From Rhodospirillales bacterium (lineage in GTDB: Bacteria > Pseudomonadota > Alphaproteobacteria > Bin95): DNA of 13,256 bases. The notes under the pieces are model-generated. The model was not told where the DNA came from, did no database searches, and saw only the letters and a list, made by a program, of their open reading frames with translations. Location of the stretch: positions 1 through 13,256 of the forward strand of contig JAYQLI010000022.1 in the NCBI GenBank assembly GCA_038143065.1. The letters are read 5' to 3'. The position numbers were made by a program, and so were the translations under genes. This document shows, one piece after another, positions 1 through 9,074 of the stretch. Numbering within the stretch: the first letter of the stretch is position 1; every line of letters starts with the position of its first letter.

Positions 1-255
1 GAATTGCTATGAGTGTATCTCGTTCGACCTCCCAATAAATACCTCTGAAGTTCATCACTCCCAGCAGTCAGCCATTCCATGGGACCGTCTTGGATGAAAT
101 ACGCGCCAGAGTCACCCTGAAAGATTGTTCCACAAATGCCGGCAAGGACAATGGTGACGATAGCAGAGCCAGGCAAGGCAAAAGCACACGGGAAACCCTG
201 AACCAAGAGCATACATCATCAACAGAAAGAGCAATGCGAGAAAGAAAAGTTCCAT
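1..255 (-). CDS. dctM: TRAP transporter large permease (DctM family), 5' part; continues beyond the left edge; contains indels
   Basis: Manual minus-strand translation from ATG at 255, across frameshifts: MELFFLALLFLLMMYALGSGFPV(A)FALPGSAIVTIVLAGICGTIFQGDSGAYFIQDGPMEWLTAGVMNFRGIYWEVERDTLIAI. The G-F-P-V-A-F-A-L start and the TLIAI(P) motif are typical of DctM. It begins 2 nt after the dctQ stop. Missed by the ORF track. Confidence 0.85.
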
Positions 256-257
256 GA

Positions 258-1291
258 TCACTTGGCTCCACGTTCTTGTTCCGAGCCAAATGTACCTTCC
301 TCAATTTTTGCCATAGAGGCGAACAAGTAAGAGGTAAATTGAAGCAACATGCTGAAGGCGAAGACAATTAGGAACGCAGCCATAAAATATTTTATATACA
401 TGCCGAACCCACTCATCGATGTCTCAAAATTTAGCATTGGGCTATTGATCAGGCTCGATTTACCCCATAAACCGCGCAAAAGCACAAGCCAGCATAGCGG
501 AATTCCAAAAAATATTGCCCCGGTGCTGTTCAAAACGCATTTCGTTTTTTCTCTAAGCCCTGCATACAGAACATCAACCTGCACATGGCCATCCTCTTTT
601 GAGTGTAAGCAGACGCAAATAGGAAAAGCGCCGCATACCAGAACCGAACCAGATCACCCATAAAAGTCTGCTCATATCCATATATGAAACGTGCTATAAC
701 GATTAGAAACTCAGCGATTACGACAAGAAAGGCCAACCAGATAAGCGACACAGAACGATCGCGGAGCAGCAATCAAAAAGGCAAGCAACAGAAGCGGTAA
801 ATGAAAATACATGCCACGACCAGCTGGTAGCGCTATAATCGCAGCGATATCTTGGCCAAAAACATTTGCATGCAGCCCTTCTACCCGCAAGAAAGACAGT
901 GCCGCGTCTGCTAAACCAATAATAAATACGGCCCAAAATGCAGCTCTAACGAAATAAGCTGAACTCTTATCAAGCTCATCTCTGCATCAGCCTCATATCT
1001 CGGTTTTTGCTCACGTGATAGCCAGCGAATATTATCGCTAAGAAAAATAATGCAGTTTGAATGACGCCAACAACAACCAGAGGGGTTGTGTAGCCGCCTT
1101 TGGCAATTTCAGTCCCAAAAACTCAGTCAGCCCAACTGTATTGATGACACCTTGGGCGCCCATTACAAAAATGAGAAAATTATTTATCAAGAACAAAGAG
1201 AGCGAGGAGCGCGCTACCCAGTCCAACAAAATGCATAAATACAAACATGTGTGTTTCTGAGCCCCTGCGTGAACCAGAAATCAAAGTTCAT
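258..1291 (-). CDS. dctQ: TRAP transporter small permease (DctQ family) with N-terminal hydrophobic extension; frameshifted; start uncertain
   Basis: ORFs 1038..1244, 530..772 and 258..584 join into one membrane protein with DctQ motifs (DLVRFWYAALFLFASAYT..., a (H)xQVDVLY segment, GFGMYIKYFMAAFLIVFAFSMLLQF). It lies between dctP and dctM. Putative ATG at 1291. Confidence 0.75.
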
Positions 1292-1293
1292 AA

Positions 1294-1320
1294 ATGGCGT
1301 CCAACAATGTCGGACGCCAT
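1294..1320 (-). terminator. Intercistronic stem-loop after dctP (terminator or mRNA-stabilising hairpin)
   Basis: Minus strand ATGGCGTCCGAC-ATT-GTTGGACGCCAT: 12-bp stem with one G-U pair, about 20 nt after the dctP stop. The U tract is short, so stabilisation or attenuation is as likely as termination. Confidence 0.6.
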
Positions 1321-1342
1321 CAGATTTTCGATCGACTAGCCT

Positions 1343-2442
1343 TTAGAGTGCGGCGTTACGCTTAGAAATGTACGCAACGTCGTTCAACTGAACATAATCA
1401 CCAACGACTTGACGCGCATTCTATCGCAGACTCATGGATCTTCTTTGGCTAGAGCAGAGTGTTCCACCACTTCAGCGTAGACCCTCATCAGAACCACGCT
1501 TAAATGCAGCACAACCGTCTTCGTTAAATTCTTTAACAACGACGCCTTGGTCATTCACAAGTCGCTCAAGTGCTGCACCATTTTTGGCATTGTATTCAGC
1601 CATGAAGTTGCTGTCTTCACCAATCGCAACATGCGGTGATCAATGCTTTGTCTGATGCACTTAAGCTACTCCAGAAAGAAGCGTTGAATCCTGCATGAAG
1701 CTGCGATGCTGGCTCATGCATGCCAGGATAATAGTAGTATTTGGCCGCCTCATAGAATTTCGATCGCCTCATCATTCCATGGACCAACCCACTCAGTTGC
1801 GTCAATCGCTCCAGAAACAAGGTTTTCGCATATTTGTCCACCAGGCAACGATACTGGCGACGCACCAAGTTTAGCCATTACGTCACCATCCAAGGCCTGG
1901 AATGCGGCATTTTGAGACCTTTTAAATCGTCTCCAGAATTGATTTCCCGTTGAACCAGCCACCCCACTGCACTCCGGTGTTACCCATCGGAATACATTTA
2001 GGCCAAACTCACTCAGCCAACTCTGTCATGCAACTCCTGTCCACCCATCCAATGCAGCCAGGATTTCATCTCCGCAAATGTCAAACCAAACGGACGGCCG
2101 TAAAGTATAAGCCCAACCTGGTGCTTGCCTTTCCAGTAGTAATCAGCCGCGTGGTAAGCTTGCGCGTTGCCAGAGGCCACTTCGTCAAACGAGTCGAAAG
2201 CGCCGACTCTGTTCGCCAGCCGCGTAATACGTAACCTGGATGCGACCATCACTCACTTCACCGAGTTTGGCTGCAAAACGTTGCGCACCTGTTCCGAGGC
2301 CTGGGAAATCCCTGGGCTAAGTAGAAACCATCGCAATTTCTACACGATCCGCAGCGAGATGGCTGGAGCTGATAACGTTGTTGCAGCAGCTGCCACACCG
2401 GCACCTACAACTCCGCTTTTGGCTATAAATTCTTCTCTTCAT
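1343..2442 (-). CDS. dctP: TRAP substrate-binding protein (DctP; TakP/FcbT1-like subfamily) with Tat signal; frameshifted
   Basis: GGAGG RBS, then MKRR(E)FIAKSGVVGAGVAAAATTLSAPAI (twin-arginine signal). Conserved segments: VGAFDSFDEVASGNAQAYHAADYYWKGKH, PFGLTFAEMKSWLHWMGGQEL, NLVSGAIDATEWVGPWND, YEAAKYYYYPGMHEP. Ends ...AYISKRNAAL* near 1343. Confidence 0.88.
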
Positions 2443-2730
2443 TATTGGTTCCTCCAAATTTTTGTTTCCCAGCGTCTACCCACAGTAGCGGAAGAACTAT
2501 GATAAAACAGATTTTTGCATAATGCAATTAAAACTATTGTCCAAGGACTGGAGCAACTGAGCTGTTGTTGCTAAACTTTCATCAATTTGCAAGTTGAAAG
2601 TGCTGTGGATAATGGACAAATCATAATTGAGCGCCGTCATAAAGATTGACTTGTCTAAGAATCGTTGTTGAATAATTGCAAGGAATCCATTTTGTTTCAT
2701 CAGCACCGGAAGACAGACATTACTTGTTGC

Positions 2731-3710
2731 TTGTTTCACAAACTCACCGGCGCAATCATGTGCCGCCCTGTTGTTGGTTTCGGGCATTTTGATATTTGAT
2801 TTTCTGACAATTTGACCTTGCTGGTGTCTGATCAGGGGCGTTGGGCAGGTTTCATTTCAGCAGATCGCTTTTTGGTTCTGCTGATCGCCGCTTCCCAGTC
2901 GTGTTTTTAGGCTATTCGATCATGCCGGTGCGCTGGAAATACGTTGATCGCCAGAACCGCCTTTATGGTGTTCGCGATACTTGTGTATTTCAGCGTGATG
3001 CCAATGATGCCAATCGCCGAAGCTGGCGCTGGGTTATTTACCTCACCAATTTTTGTGCTGCTTTTTTTCTTCACTGTTTTTCAAAGAACATATTGGCTGG
3101 CGGGCAACTCGCCGTTGCCATTACACCGCGGGTGTGTTGCTGATTTTAAAGCCAGGGCAGGCTGGCTTTTCCTCGTTTCACATGCTGCCGGTGCTATCAG
3201 GCCCGCATCCTATGCGATAGGGTCAATTATCACTATCGGTATCTTAGCGATGAAAGTCACCGGCCATCTTAATGTCATTTTTTCCTCCATCGGCTTGTGG
3301 TGCTTTGGTCGCATCATCTTTGCATTTTTCCAGTGCCAGACTCATTACACACACACGCCCTGTTTCTTTTACCGGCTGGCAATCAGTTGGCACAGATTTC
3401 TGGCTGGATGATGGTCATCGCCATCGGCGCGTCACTGGCGCTGTCGTTAATGACTCAGGCTTATCAAATTGCCAAAAATACACGGCGATCTACGAAAATA
3501 TGCCTATCTCTTTTATCTGGTGGGGGATTTTGGCTGGATGTTCTGGGATATCACACCTGATCTGATCAGCCTTGCCGGCATCATATGCATCATGACTGCC
3601 GGCATTGTGACCTCGTGTTGGCACAGCAGGATATATCCTGACAAAAAAAGCATCTTAGACGCACCAAAGACCAACAATGCAAAAATCATTGAGCTTTCGG
3701 CAACATTCTA
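2731..3710 (+). CDS. EamA/DMT-family membrane transporter; heavily frameshifted; ends approximate
   Basis: Hydrophobic fragments across frames: ALLLVSGILIF..., QFHFSRSLF, ARTAFMVFAILVYFSVMPMMPIAEAGAGLFTSPIFVLLF, SLMTQAYQIAK, YAYLF..., FWDITPDLISLAGIICIMTAGIV. These match the two-repeat EamA architecture. Confidence 0.75.
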
Positions 3711-3754
3711 GCAAATATGGCAATAGTGTCGGGCGGAAATTATAAATACACCTA

Positions 3755-3936
3755 GGTGCCGGATGAGGATGCTGTGGTCTAACAGATGAACTAGACCAAT
3801 GGAACTGCACGAATACCGCCAGTTTCCGTGAAAAACGACCTGGTGAGCTGTCCCAATGAAAAGAAACGATTTCTCAGTTTGTGCATCACTAATGCAGGTG
3901 TCAGGAGCCACCCCTGCCACACGTAGATATACACCT
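3755..3936 (-). repeat. Repeat family 1, copy A (inverted relative to 5179-5349); att-arm-like, ends in tRNA-3'-like core
   Basis: Exact reverse-complement blocks: 3795-3825 = 5276-5306 (31 bp), 3755-3776 = 5327-5348 (22 bp), 3911-3922 = 5195-5206 (12 bp). Also 3871-3882 vs 5229-5240 (11/12). Confidence 0.85.
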
Positions 3937-4090
3937 GTCTTACACAGAATTAGGGCACTACAGCTGTTAATCACTTTTAGTAACTATTGTAAAGTGTCAT
4001 CCAAAGGATCACTAAATGTACATAAACATGTCTAGGCAAAGCCAATGCCTATACGTGATGCATTATTGGTGATCTTTTTAAATGGGTGAG

Positions 4091-4187
4091 TGACAGGAAT
4101 GACAGAAATGACAAAGAAATGGAAGTCGTCCATAGGAAAATTTGCCAGAGGTTTACAGATTAACTGTCATTCTTGTCATTTGTGTCA
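4091..4187. repeat. Inverted iteron-like array: 3x TGACA / spacer / 3x TGTCA, 9-bp period (possible satellite or plasmid ori remnant)
   Basis: TGACA at 4091, 4100, 4109; TGTCA at 4165, 4174, 4183; 51-bp spacer. Confidence 0.7.
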
Positions 4188-4254
4188 TATTGAAAGCGAA
4201 CGAGAAGACGCAACCATTAACCCTATAAAAGGCGTCAACGGCGCGTGAGAGACT

Positions 4255-5121
4255 ATGAGTGCAAATTTGAAAAGCATAATGCTGATGGTAATTGCGATGG
4301 GTTGTTTGACCATGACTGATATGCTTATCAAAATTGCTAGCCAAAAATTACCCATCGGACAGGTAATGATATTTTATGGCATGGGTGCGTTAGTGGTATT
4401 TTGGGGGCTATTGCGTATCAAGGGCGAGTCTATTCCGCTATCGTCCCTCACCAATCCGGCAGTGGTTTGGAGAAATATCGGTGATCTGATCGCGATGAAC
4501 AGTATGTTCCTGGCTTTAGTCTATGTTCCCTTATCCACAATTGGGGCAGTGATCCAGGTTGTACCAATTAATGCGTCACTGGGCGTTGCCGCAGCTTTAC
4601 TTTGGAGAAATGCTTTGGTTTGAGGCGTTTATCAGCCATTTTCATTGGTTTTTTTGGTACTTTATTGATCATCCAGGCTGCCAATTTTCGACATTACAGC
4701 AACCCTTGTACTGATTGCTGCAGGGAATGGCTTTGCGGGACATTGCTACGAAGTTGGTTCTAAAAATTTTTCAACTCTGCTTCTTTCATTTTACTCGTCT
4801 CTTCCTCTTTATTTTCAGTGGTGGTTTTTTACTCATTGTTAAAGGCACCCCAGTGTACCTAGTCTGGACAATATTGTCATACTTTCAGCAATGATAATCG
4901 CTGGTTGTTTGGGTTTTTTCTTTATGACTGAGGCTGTCAGATTAGGCGATATGTCCGTTGTAATACCTTTCCGTTACTCCAGGCTTCTTTTTTCTATGGC
5001 CGCTGGCATCTTGATTCTTGGCGAGCAAGTAAATGCAATGATGCTTATTGGTAGCGCTTTAACAATTTTGTCTGGCCTCTACATCTGGCACAGAGAAATT
5101 GTTATCCAATCACCAAAATAG
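4255..5121 (+). CDS. EamA/DMT-family transporter; frameshifted in the middle
   Basis: N-terminal ORF MSANLKSIMLMVIAMGCLTMTDMLIK...LALVYVPLSTIGAVIQVVP. C-terminal ORF MTEAVRLGDMSVVIPFRYSRLLFSMAAGILILGEQVNAMMLIGSALTILSGLYIWHRE, the classic EamA C-terminus. Total about 290 codons. Confidence 0.85.
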
Positions 5122-5178
5122 ACGGGGCAATTATTTATCCAACATATTGCTATCCGAACAGGATGTGCACAATCGTGT

Positions 5179-5349
5179 AGGTGCCTATATATATGTGTGG
5201 CAGGGGGTGTTCTCCTTATAGGTGTGAAACAAACCGAGAACATTTGTGCGCATTGACAGTGAATCGCTTGTACGTAAACTGGCGGTATTCGTGCAGTTCC
5301 ATTGGTAATGGTGCATCTGTGAGGCACACAGCATCCTCATCCGGCACCA
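5179..5349 (+). repeat. Repeat family 1, copy B; ends in TCCTCATCCGGCACCA (tRNA 3'-end-like core, possibly tRNA-Thr)
   Basis: Homology to 3755-3936 as listed for copy A. The last 16 nt (5334-5349) parse as T-stem 3' strand (5) + acceptor 3' strand (7) + discriminator A + CCA. No 5' half of a tRNA is present upstream. Confidence 0.8.
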
Positions 5350-5423
5350 TCTTTAGTGTTTCACTTGATGTAACCAATTGAATTGCAACAGGTTAACTGT
5401 CTGCTGTTGGATTGGTGTGCAAC

Positions 5424-5642
5424 GTGGAATTTTTACTACTCTGGGTTCTTGGTGGAAATGTATTGGATAGCGGTCTTCGCTATGAAGATGCTGGCAGCTG
5501 CTACGCTGCTGCTCAGAACAGTGGTAAAGACCTCCAAGAAATAGGCCTATCTCCACCCAAGTTCACTTGCGTACCAGTCGCCGAAGGCAAGGAATTGAAG
5601 CTACTGGTTCCAGAACAACAAGGTTCACGCTTTCCATTCTGA
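5424..5642 (+). CDS. Small hypothetical protein (72 aa, two Cys), convergent with the integrase remnant
   Basis: Uninterrupted ORF from GTG 5424: MEFLLLWVLGGNVLDSGLRYEDAGSCYAAAQNSGKDLQEIGLSPPKFTCVPVAEGKELKLLVPEQQGSRFPF. Protein-like composition; stop lies a few nt from the integrase stop. No family recognised. Confidence 0.55.
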   Translation: MEFLLLWVLGGNVLDSGLRYEDAGSCYAAAQNSGKDLQEIGLSPPKFTCVPVAEGKELKLLVPEQQGSRFPF

Positions 5643-5648
5643 TAAAGA

Positions 5649-5924
5649 TTAGATTCCTTCATCCAATTCCCCAATACTTCCAATGGATAGCCATTTCCAT
5701 ATCCATGACCTACTCCACTGGTCTTCCATCCCCCAATAGGATCAACAATGGCACTAGGACATTCCACTGCCCTCAACCTGTCACGAAGACTATGTCTGAA
5801 ACTATGAATGACGCAGTTGTCTGGCACGTATTGATGCAGCCATTTGTTAAGACCACCACTGGCATGAGTTAGCTTTGCAGCCAGTTTCATCACAGTATCT
5901 GGGGAAGGCAAAGATACTATCATT
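5649..5924 (-). pseudogene. Tyrosine recombinase/integrase, C-terminal fragment only
   Basis: Reconstructed NDSIFAFPRYCDETGCKANSASGGLNKWLHQYVPDNCVIHSFRHSLRDRLRAVECPSAIVDPIGGWKTSGVGHGYGNGYPLEVLGNWMK. Contains the H-x-x-R box II (HSFRH), GGW (H/W position) and the downstream Tyr (GYG). Upstream sequence switches abruptly to repeat family 2, so the N-terminal part is missing. Confidence 0.85.
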
Positions 5925-6007
5925 TTTGGATGTCTGTTAGGGTGGGGCGATATTGGGTGTAGGTTCTTGCGCGTCGGATCTTGATTCTGGGATTGGCGGG
6001 CGGTGGG
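5925..6007 (-). repeat. Repeat family 2, copy C (inverted relative to 13100-13185); degenerate tRNA-Ser-like 3' core plus ~70-bp arm
   Basis: Exact reverse-complement blocks: 5969-5983 = 13126-13140 (CAAGATCCGACGCGC) and 5925-5938 = 13172-13185 (AACAGACATCCAAA). Core CCCACCGCC--CGCCA vs CCCACCGCCTCCGCCA. Confidence 0.85.
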
Positions 6008-6062
6008 GGCTAATTTAAAGAATGATCCAGAGTTTGAATTAGTCAGGCTTAGTGACAGCAAT

Positions 6063-6176
6063 GCGGCGACGCCGCTCTCTAGTGTAGAATGTAGGGGGGG
6101 ACCATCTTAATCCATAGATAGGTATGAAAGATTACCGATGATGAGATTTATACAAAAACTCCTACATTCCTACATT
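6063..6176. repeat. Second inverted iteron-like array (TGTAG x2 ... CTACA x2) preceded by GC palindrome
   Basis: TGTAG at 6083 and 6090; CCTACATT at 6161 and 6169 is the reverse complement of AATGTAGG at 6088; AT-rich spacer; GCGGCG-A-CGCCGC at 6063-6075. Confidence 0.55.
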
Positions 6177-6216
6177 GCCCAATGAAATTATAGGGCATTA
6201 AAAGCTAACCATTCTT

Positions 6217-6254
6217 GGTCCAAGAGCCGTGGCGCCCCGTTCTTGGGCCTTTTT
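6217..6254 (+). terminator. Possible intrinsic terminator hairpin
   Basis: GGTCCAAGA...TCTTGGGCC stem (one G-U) followed by TTTTT. No obvious plus-strand gene directly upstream. Confidence 0.35.
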
Positions 6255-6318
6255 CACGTGATCAGTGTTGTGTTTTATTGTGTTTAATTGTCTTGACGAG
6301 GGGTTCGAACCCACACGA

Positions 6319-7238
6319 TCAAGCATTCAGTAATCGCATAGTTTTATCGGCCTGAATTTGACAGAAGAGCCAGTCTATAAAAACATCTAACTTCGGCTTG
6401 GGTGATGATTGTTTTTGTTTTGCTAAATACCACTTGCCTGGCTCTGGCACGGGGATATCAAAAGTTTTGCACAATCGCCCCGCTCAAGGTCGCTTGCACA
6501 GAAAGGTGCCTTGCCATACCAATACCACGGGTTTTTAAAACGGCCTCTCGAACAAGTGGGTAATTGTCAAAAATTGAGCCAAATCTCATTTCACTCTTAT
6601 CTAAGCCCACCTTATCTAGCCAGCAATCCCAGTCATCTGGCTCATTCCACGTGCAGGGGACACTCAGAAGTGTGAATTTTTTAAGCTCACCCAATTGCAC
6701 ATTATTTTTGATAGTATTTTCGACGTCTGGAGCGCATACCGGAAAAATATCTGTTTCAAATAAAGGGACATAGTCGAACCTTTTGTCGAATGGTGGTGCG
6801 TTAAACACGCCCACATCAAAGCGGTGCAAATCGTAATTACCATCCTCGAAGGTTGACACTATTCGTACACGCACGTCTGGATTGTCCTGCAGAAAATCCG
6901 CCAAGCGCGGTTGTAGCCACATCGTGTTGAAACTTGCGTATGACTGTATAAGCAAAACTTCGGGTTCTTCTTGCGTCTGAATACGCCGAGTTGCGTTGGC
7001 AATACCCTGAATATGTTCGCGTATTGACGGATAATAGTCCTCACCTGCGGGTGTTAGCTTTACTGAACGACTTGTACGATCCAGAAGTTTAACGCCAATT
7101 AAATCTTCTAACGCCCTTACTTGGTGACTGATTGCCGCTGTAGTTAAACATTTTCTTCAGCAGCCTTTCGGAAGCTTTTGTGACGTGCAACCGCCTCAAA
7201 AGCCCTCAGCAAACTATACTAGGCATGTGCGCTACCAT
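6319..7238 (-). CDS. LysR-family transcriptional regulator, GcvA-like; frameshifted
   Basis: GAGG RBS, ATG 7238. HTH region MVAHMPS..LLRAFEAVARHKSFRKAAEE..LTTAAISHQVRALEDLIGVKLLDRTSRSVKLTPAGE. Substrate domain ASFNTMWLQPRLADFLQDNPDVRVRI...DDWDCWL...GIGMAR. C-terminus PEPGKWYL...VFIDWLFCQIQADKTMRLLNA* (stop 6319). About 305 aa. Confidence 0.9.
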
Positions 7239-7373
7239 CTGCGCCTCACAAGGTTCAAAAAAAGCGACACTATGTAAGCATAATTGATGATGTAATGAAG
7301 AGCTTTCTGAAAACATTCCCGGTTTGTGAAAAAACATTGGAATTGAAGATTTATGTTTTTCGCGAAGATGATC

Positions 7374-7390
7374 GTTAACTTTTATTTAAC
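7374..7390. promoter_or_regulatory. Putative LysR binding site (T-N11-A dyad) upstream of the catabolic operon
   Basis: GTTAA-N7-TTAAC perfect dyad containing T-N11-A, in the divergent intergenic region, about 20 bp upstream of a -35-like TTGTCA (7410-7415). This is the usual position for an LTTR recognition site. Confidence 0.6.
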
Positions 7391-7471
7391 AATAAAAAAA
7401 TTGCTTCATTTGTCAAAGTGCCAGCCGAGTGCGATATCTGATGTAGAAAAGCTTTGAGAGAGAGTTTATCA

Positions 7472-9072
7472 ATGCCAGTCCCACCATCTGTGACAAGTGC
7501 ATATAACTACCCACTTTTGATCAAACACTTGTTGGTAAGATCTGAGGGGACTTGCACTGGTAAAGAGTTAGTAACAGGCTTAGATACCGGTTTTAGCTAC
7601 AATACCTTATTCAAACGTGTATGCCAGCTTGCCAACTCTTTAGAAACCAGTTGTGGACACGAAGGCATGCGTTGGTGTCATGGATTGGGACACAAAACCG
7701 CTATCTTGAGTGTTTCTTTGCAATTCCAATGATGGGGCGACCCTCTTCACGATTAACGTGCGCCTCTCACCCTATCAAATTTTGTATTCAATTAACCACG
7801 GGAAACCGGACCTAATAATCGTACATCAGGACTTTATGCCAATCATTGACAGTATCAAGTCTGATTTTGAACGAGATATCATTATCATACCAATTGGAGA
7901 TGGAGAGGGCTACGAGGAATGGATTGGTTCTGCGTCTGAGATTTATGAATTTCCAGACTTTGATGAAAATCAGACGGCAACCCTTTTTTATACCACCGGG
8001 ACAACTGGCAATCCTAAAGGGGTTAGCTACTCTCACCGACAACTGGTTCTCCACACACTAGGTCTCCTTGCTGGTTTTGGTGCTTGGCCTGGCAACACAG
8101 GGTTTGCATCGTCGTGACGTATACATGCCCCTGACACCTTTGTTTCATGTTCATGGGTGGGGGTTTCCCTACGCAGCAACAATGCTTGGACTTAGCCAAG
8201 TTTATCCGGGTAAATTTGAGCCTGACAGAATACTGCAATTGATTGCAGATAAGGGTGTCACTTTTTCTCATTGCGTGCCAACAGTTCTGTCGATGGTGCT
8301 CGATCACCCTAAGTGTTCACAAACAGATCTCAGTAGTTGGAAGGTGATTGTTGGGGGCGCTTCATTACCGCGCTGGTTTGCAGGATCGAGCGGCAGCGGA
8401 GGGCATTTCATTACATGCAGCATATGGAATGTCTGGAGACATGCCCCTTTTCTTACTGTAGCGAATTTATCAAGTGACGACAAAGAGATACAGGCACAGA
8501 CTGGTTTTCCTGGCCCTTTGGTGGACTTGCGTGTGGTGACACCAAACATGGAAGATGTTCCACGAGACGGAAAACAACCGGTGAGATTGTCGCCCGTGCG
8601 CCGTGGTTGGCGCAAGCTTACTTAGACAATGTTAGAGACTCTGAGGAGCTTTGGACAGGCGGGTATCTTCACACGGGAGATGTTGGATACATCCGAGAAG
8701 ATGGATCATTCCAAATTACTGATCGCCTTAAGGATGTAATCAAGACAGGCGGCGAGTGGATTTCATCACTCCACTTAGAGAGCATAGCATCGTCTTGTGA
8801 TGGTGTCGAAGATGTTGCTGCAATTGGACTACCACATCCGAAATGGGGTGAGGGACCAGTTCTGGTTATACAAGCCCCAGAGCATTCAGACAAAGAACTG
8901 CTAAGTTCAAGAGTTCTCGAAAAAATTCAATCTCGCATCGACGCCGGTGAACTGTCAAAGTGGGCAATCCCAGACGAACTAATCTTTATAGACTCCCTCC
9001 CAAAAACAAGTGTTGGCAAGCTTGATAAGAAGCTTTTGCGCCAAAAATATTATATCGCGTTCGGTTTACTGA
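7472..9072 (+). CDS. Acyl-CoA synthetase/fatty acid-CoA ligase resembling the DmdB-active PA4198 clade (methylmercaptopropionate-CoA ligase-like); frameshifted
   Basis: Motifs AYNYPLLIKHLL, RYLECFFAIPMMG, INVRLSPYQILYSINH, FPDFDENQTATLFYTTGTTGNPKGVSYSHRQLVLHTL (AMP-binding P-loop), DVYMPLTPLFHVHGWG, VTFSHCVPT, GYLHTGD, DRLKDVIKTGGEWISS, KWAIPD...LPKTSVGKLDKK. From memory these closely resemble P. aeruginosa PA4198. True stop is probably the TGA at 9070-9072 (TGATCATG). Confidence 0.85.
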
Positions 9073-9074
9073 TC

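Noticed and set aside
2497-2787. 96-aa minus-strand ORF between dctP and the EamA gene
   Set aside because: No recognisable motif; overlaps the probable EamA start and an AT-rich divergent promoter region; probably spurious.
3746-3936. 8-bp direct repeat ATACACCT (3746-3753 and 3929-3936) around repeat copy A as a target-site duplication
   Set aside because: Copy B has no equivalent duplication and the right-hand copy lies within the region homologous to B; could be chance.
3708-3974. ORF sharing the peptide NWRYSCSSIG with ORF 5181..5381
   Set aside because: The similarity comes from the DNA inverted repeat; the reading frames diverge outside the 31-bp block, so these are not paralogous proteins.
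4091-4187. CRISPR-like array interpretation of the short repeats
   Set aside because: Units are 5-9 bp with no unique 30-40-bp spacers, and no cas genes are present.
5513-6061. 182-aa ORF as a full integrase
   Set aside because: Only about 5649-5924 is integrase-like; the N-terminal part translates repeat C and the C-terminal tail is read-through antisense to the small ORF.
6296-6320. GGGTTCGAACCC palindrome resembling a tRNA T-arm
   Set aside because: No acceptor stem, CCA, D-arm or anticodon arm can be built; the adjacent sequence is the LysR C-terminal coding region.
7472-9072. Assigning the symbol dmdB and a canonical DMSP demethylation pathway
   Set aside because: No dmdA, dmdC or dmdD in the window, and this ligase clade is promiscuous; similarity alone does not fix the substrate.
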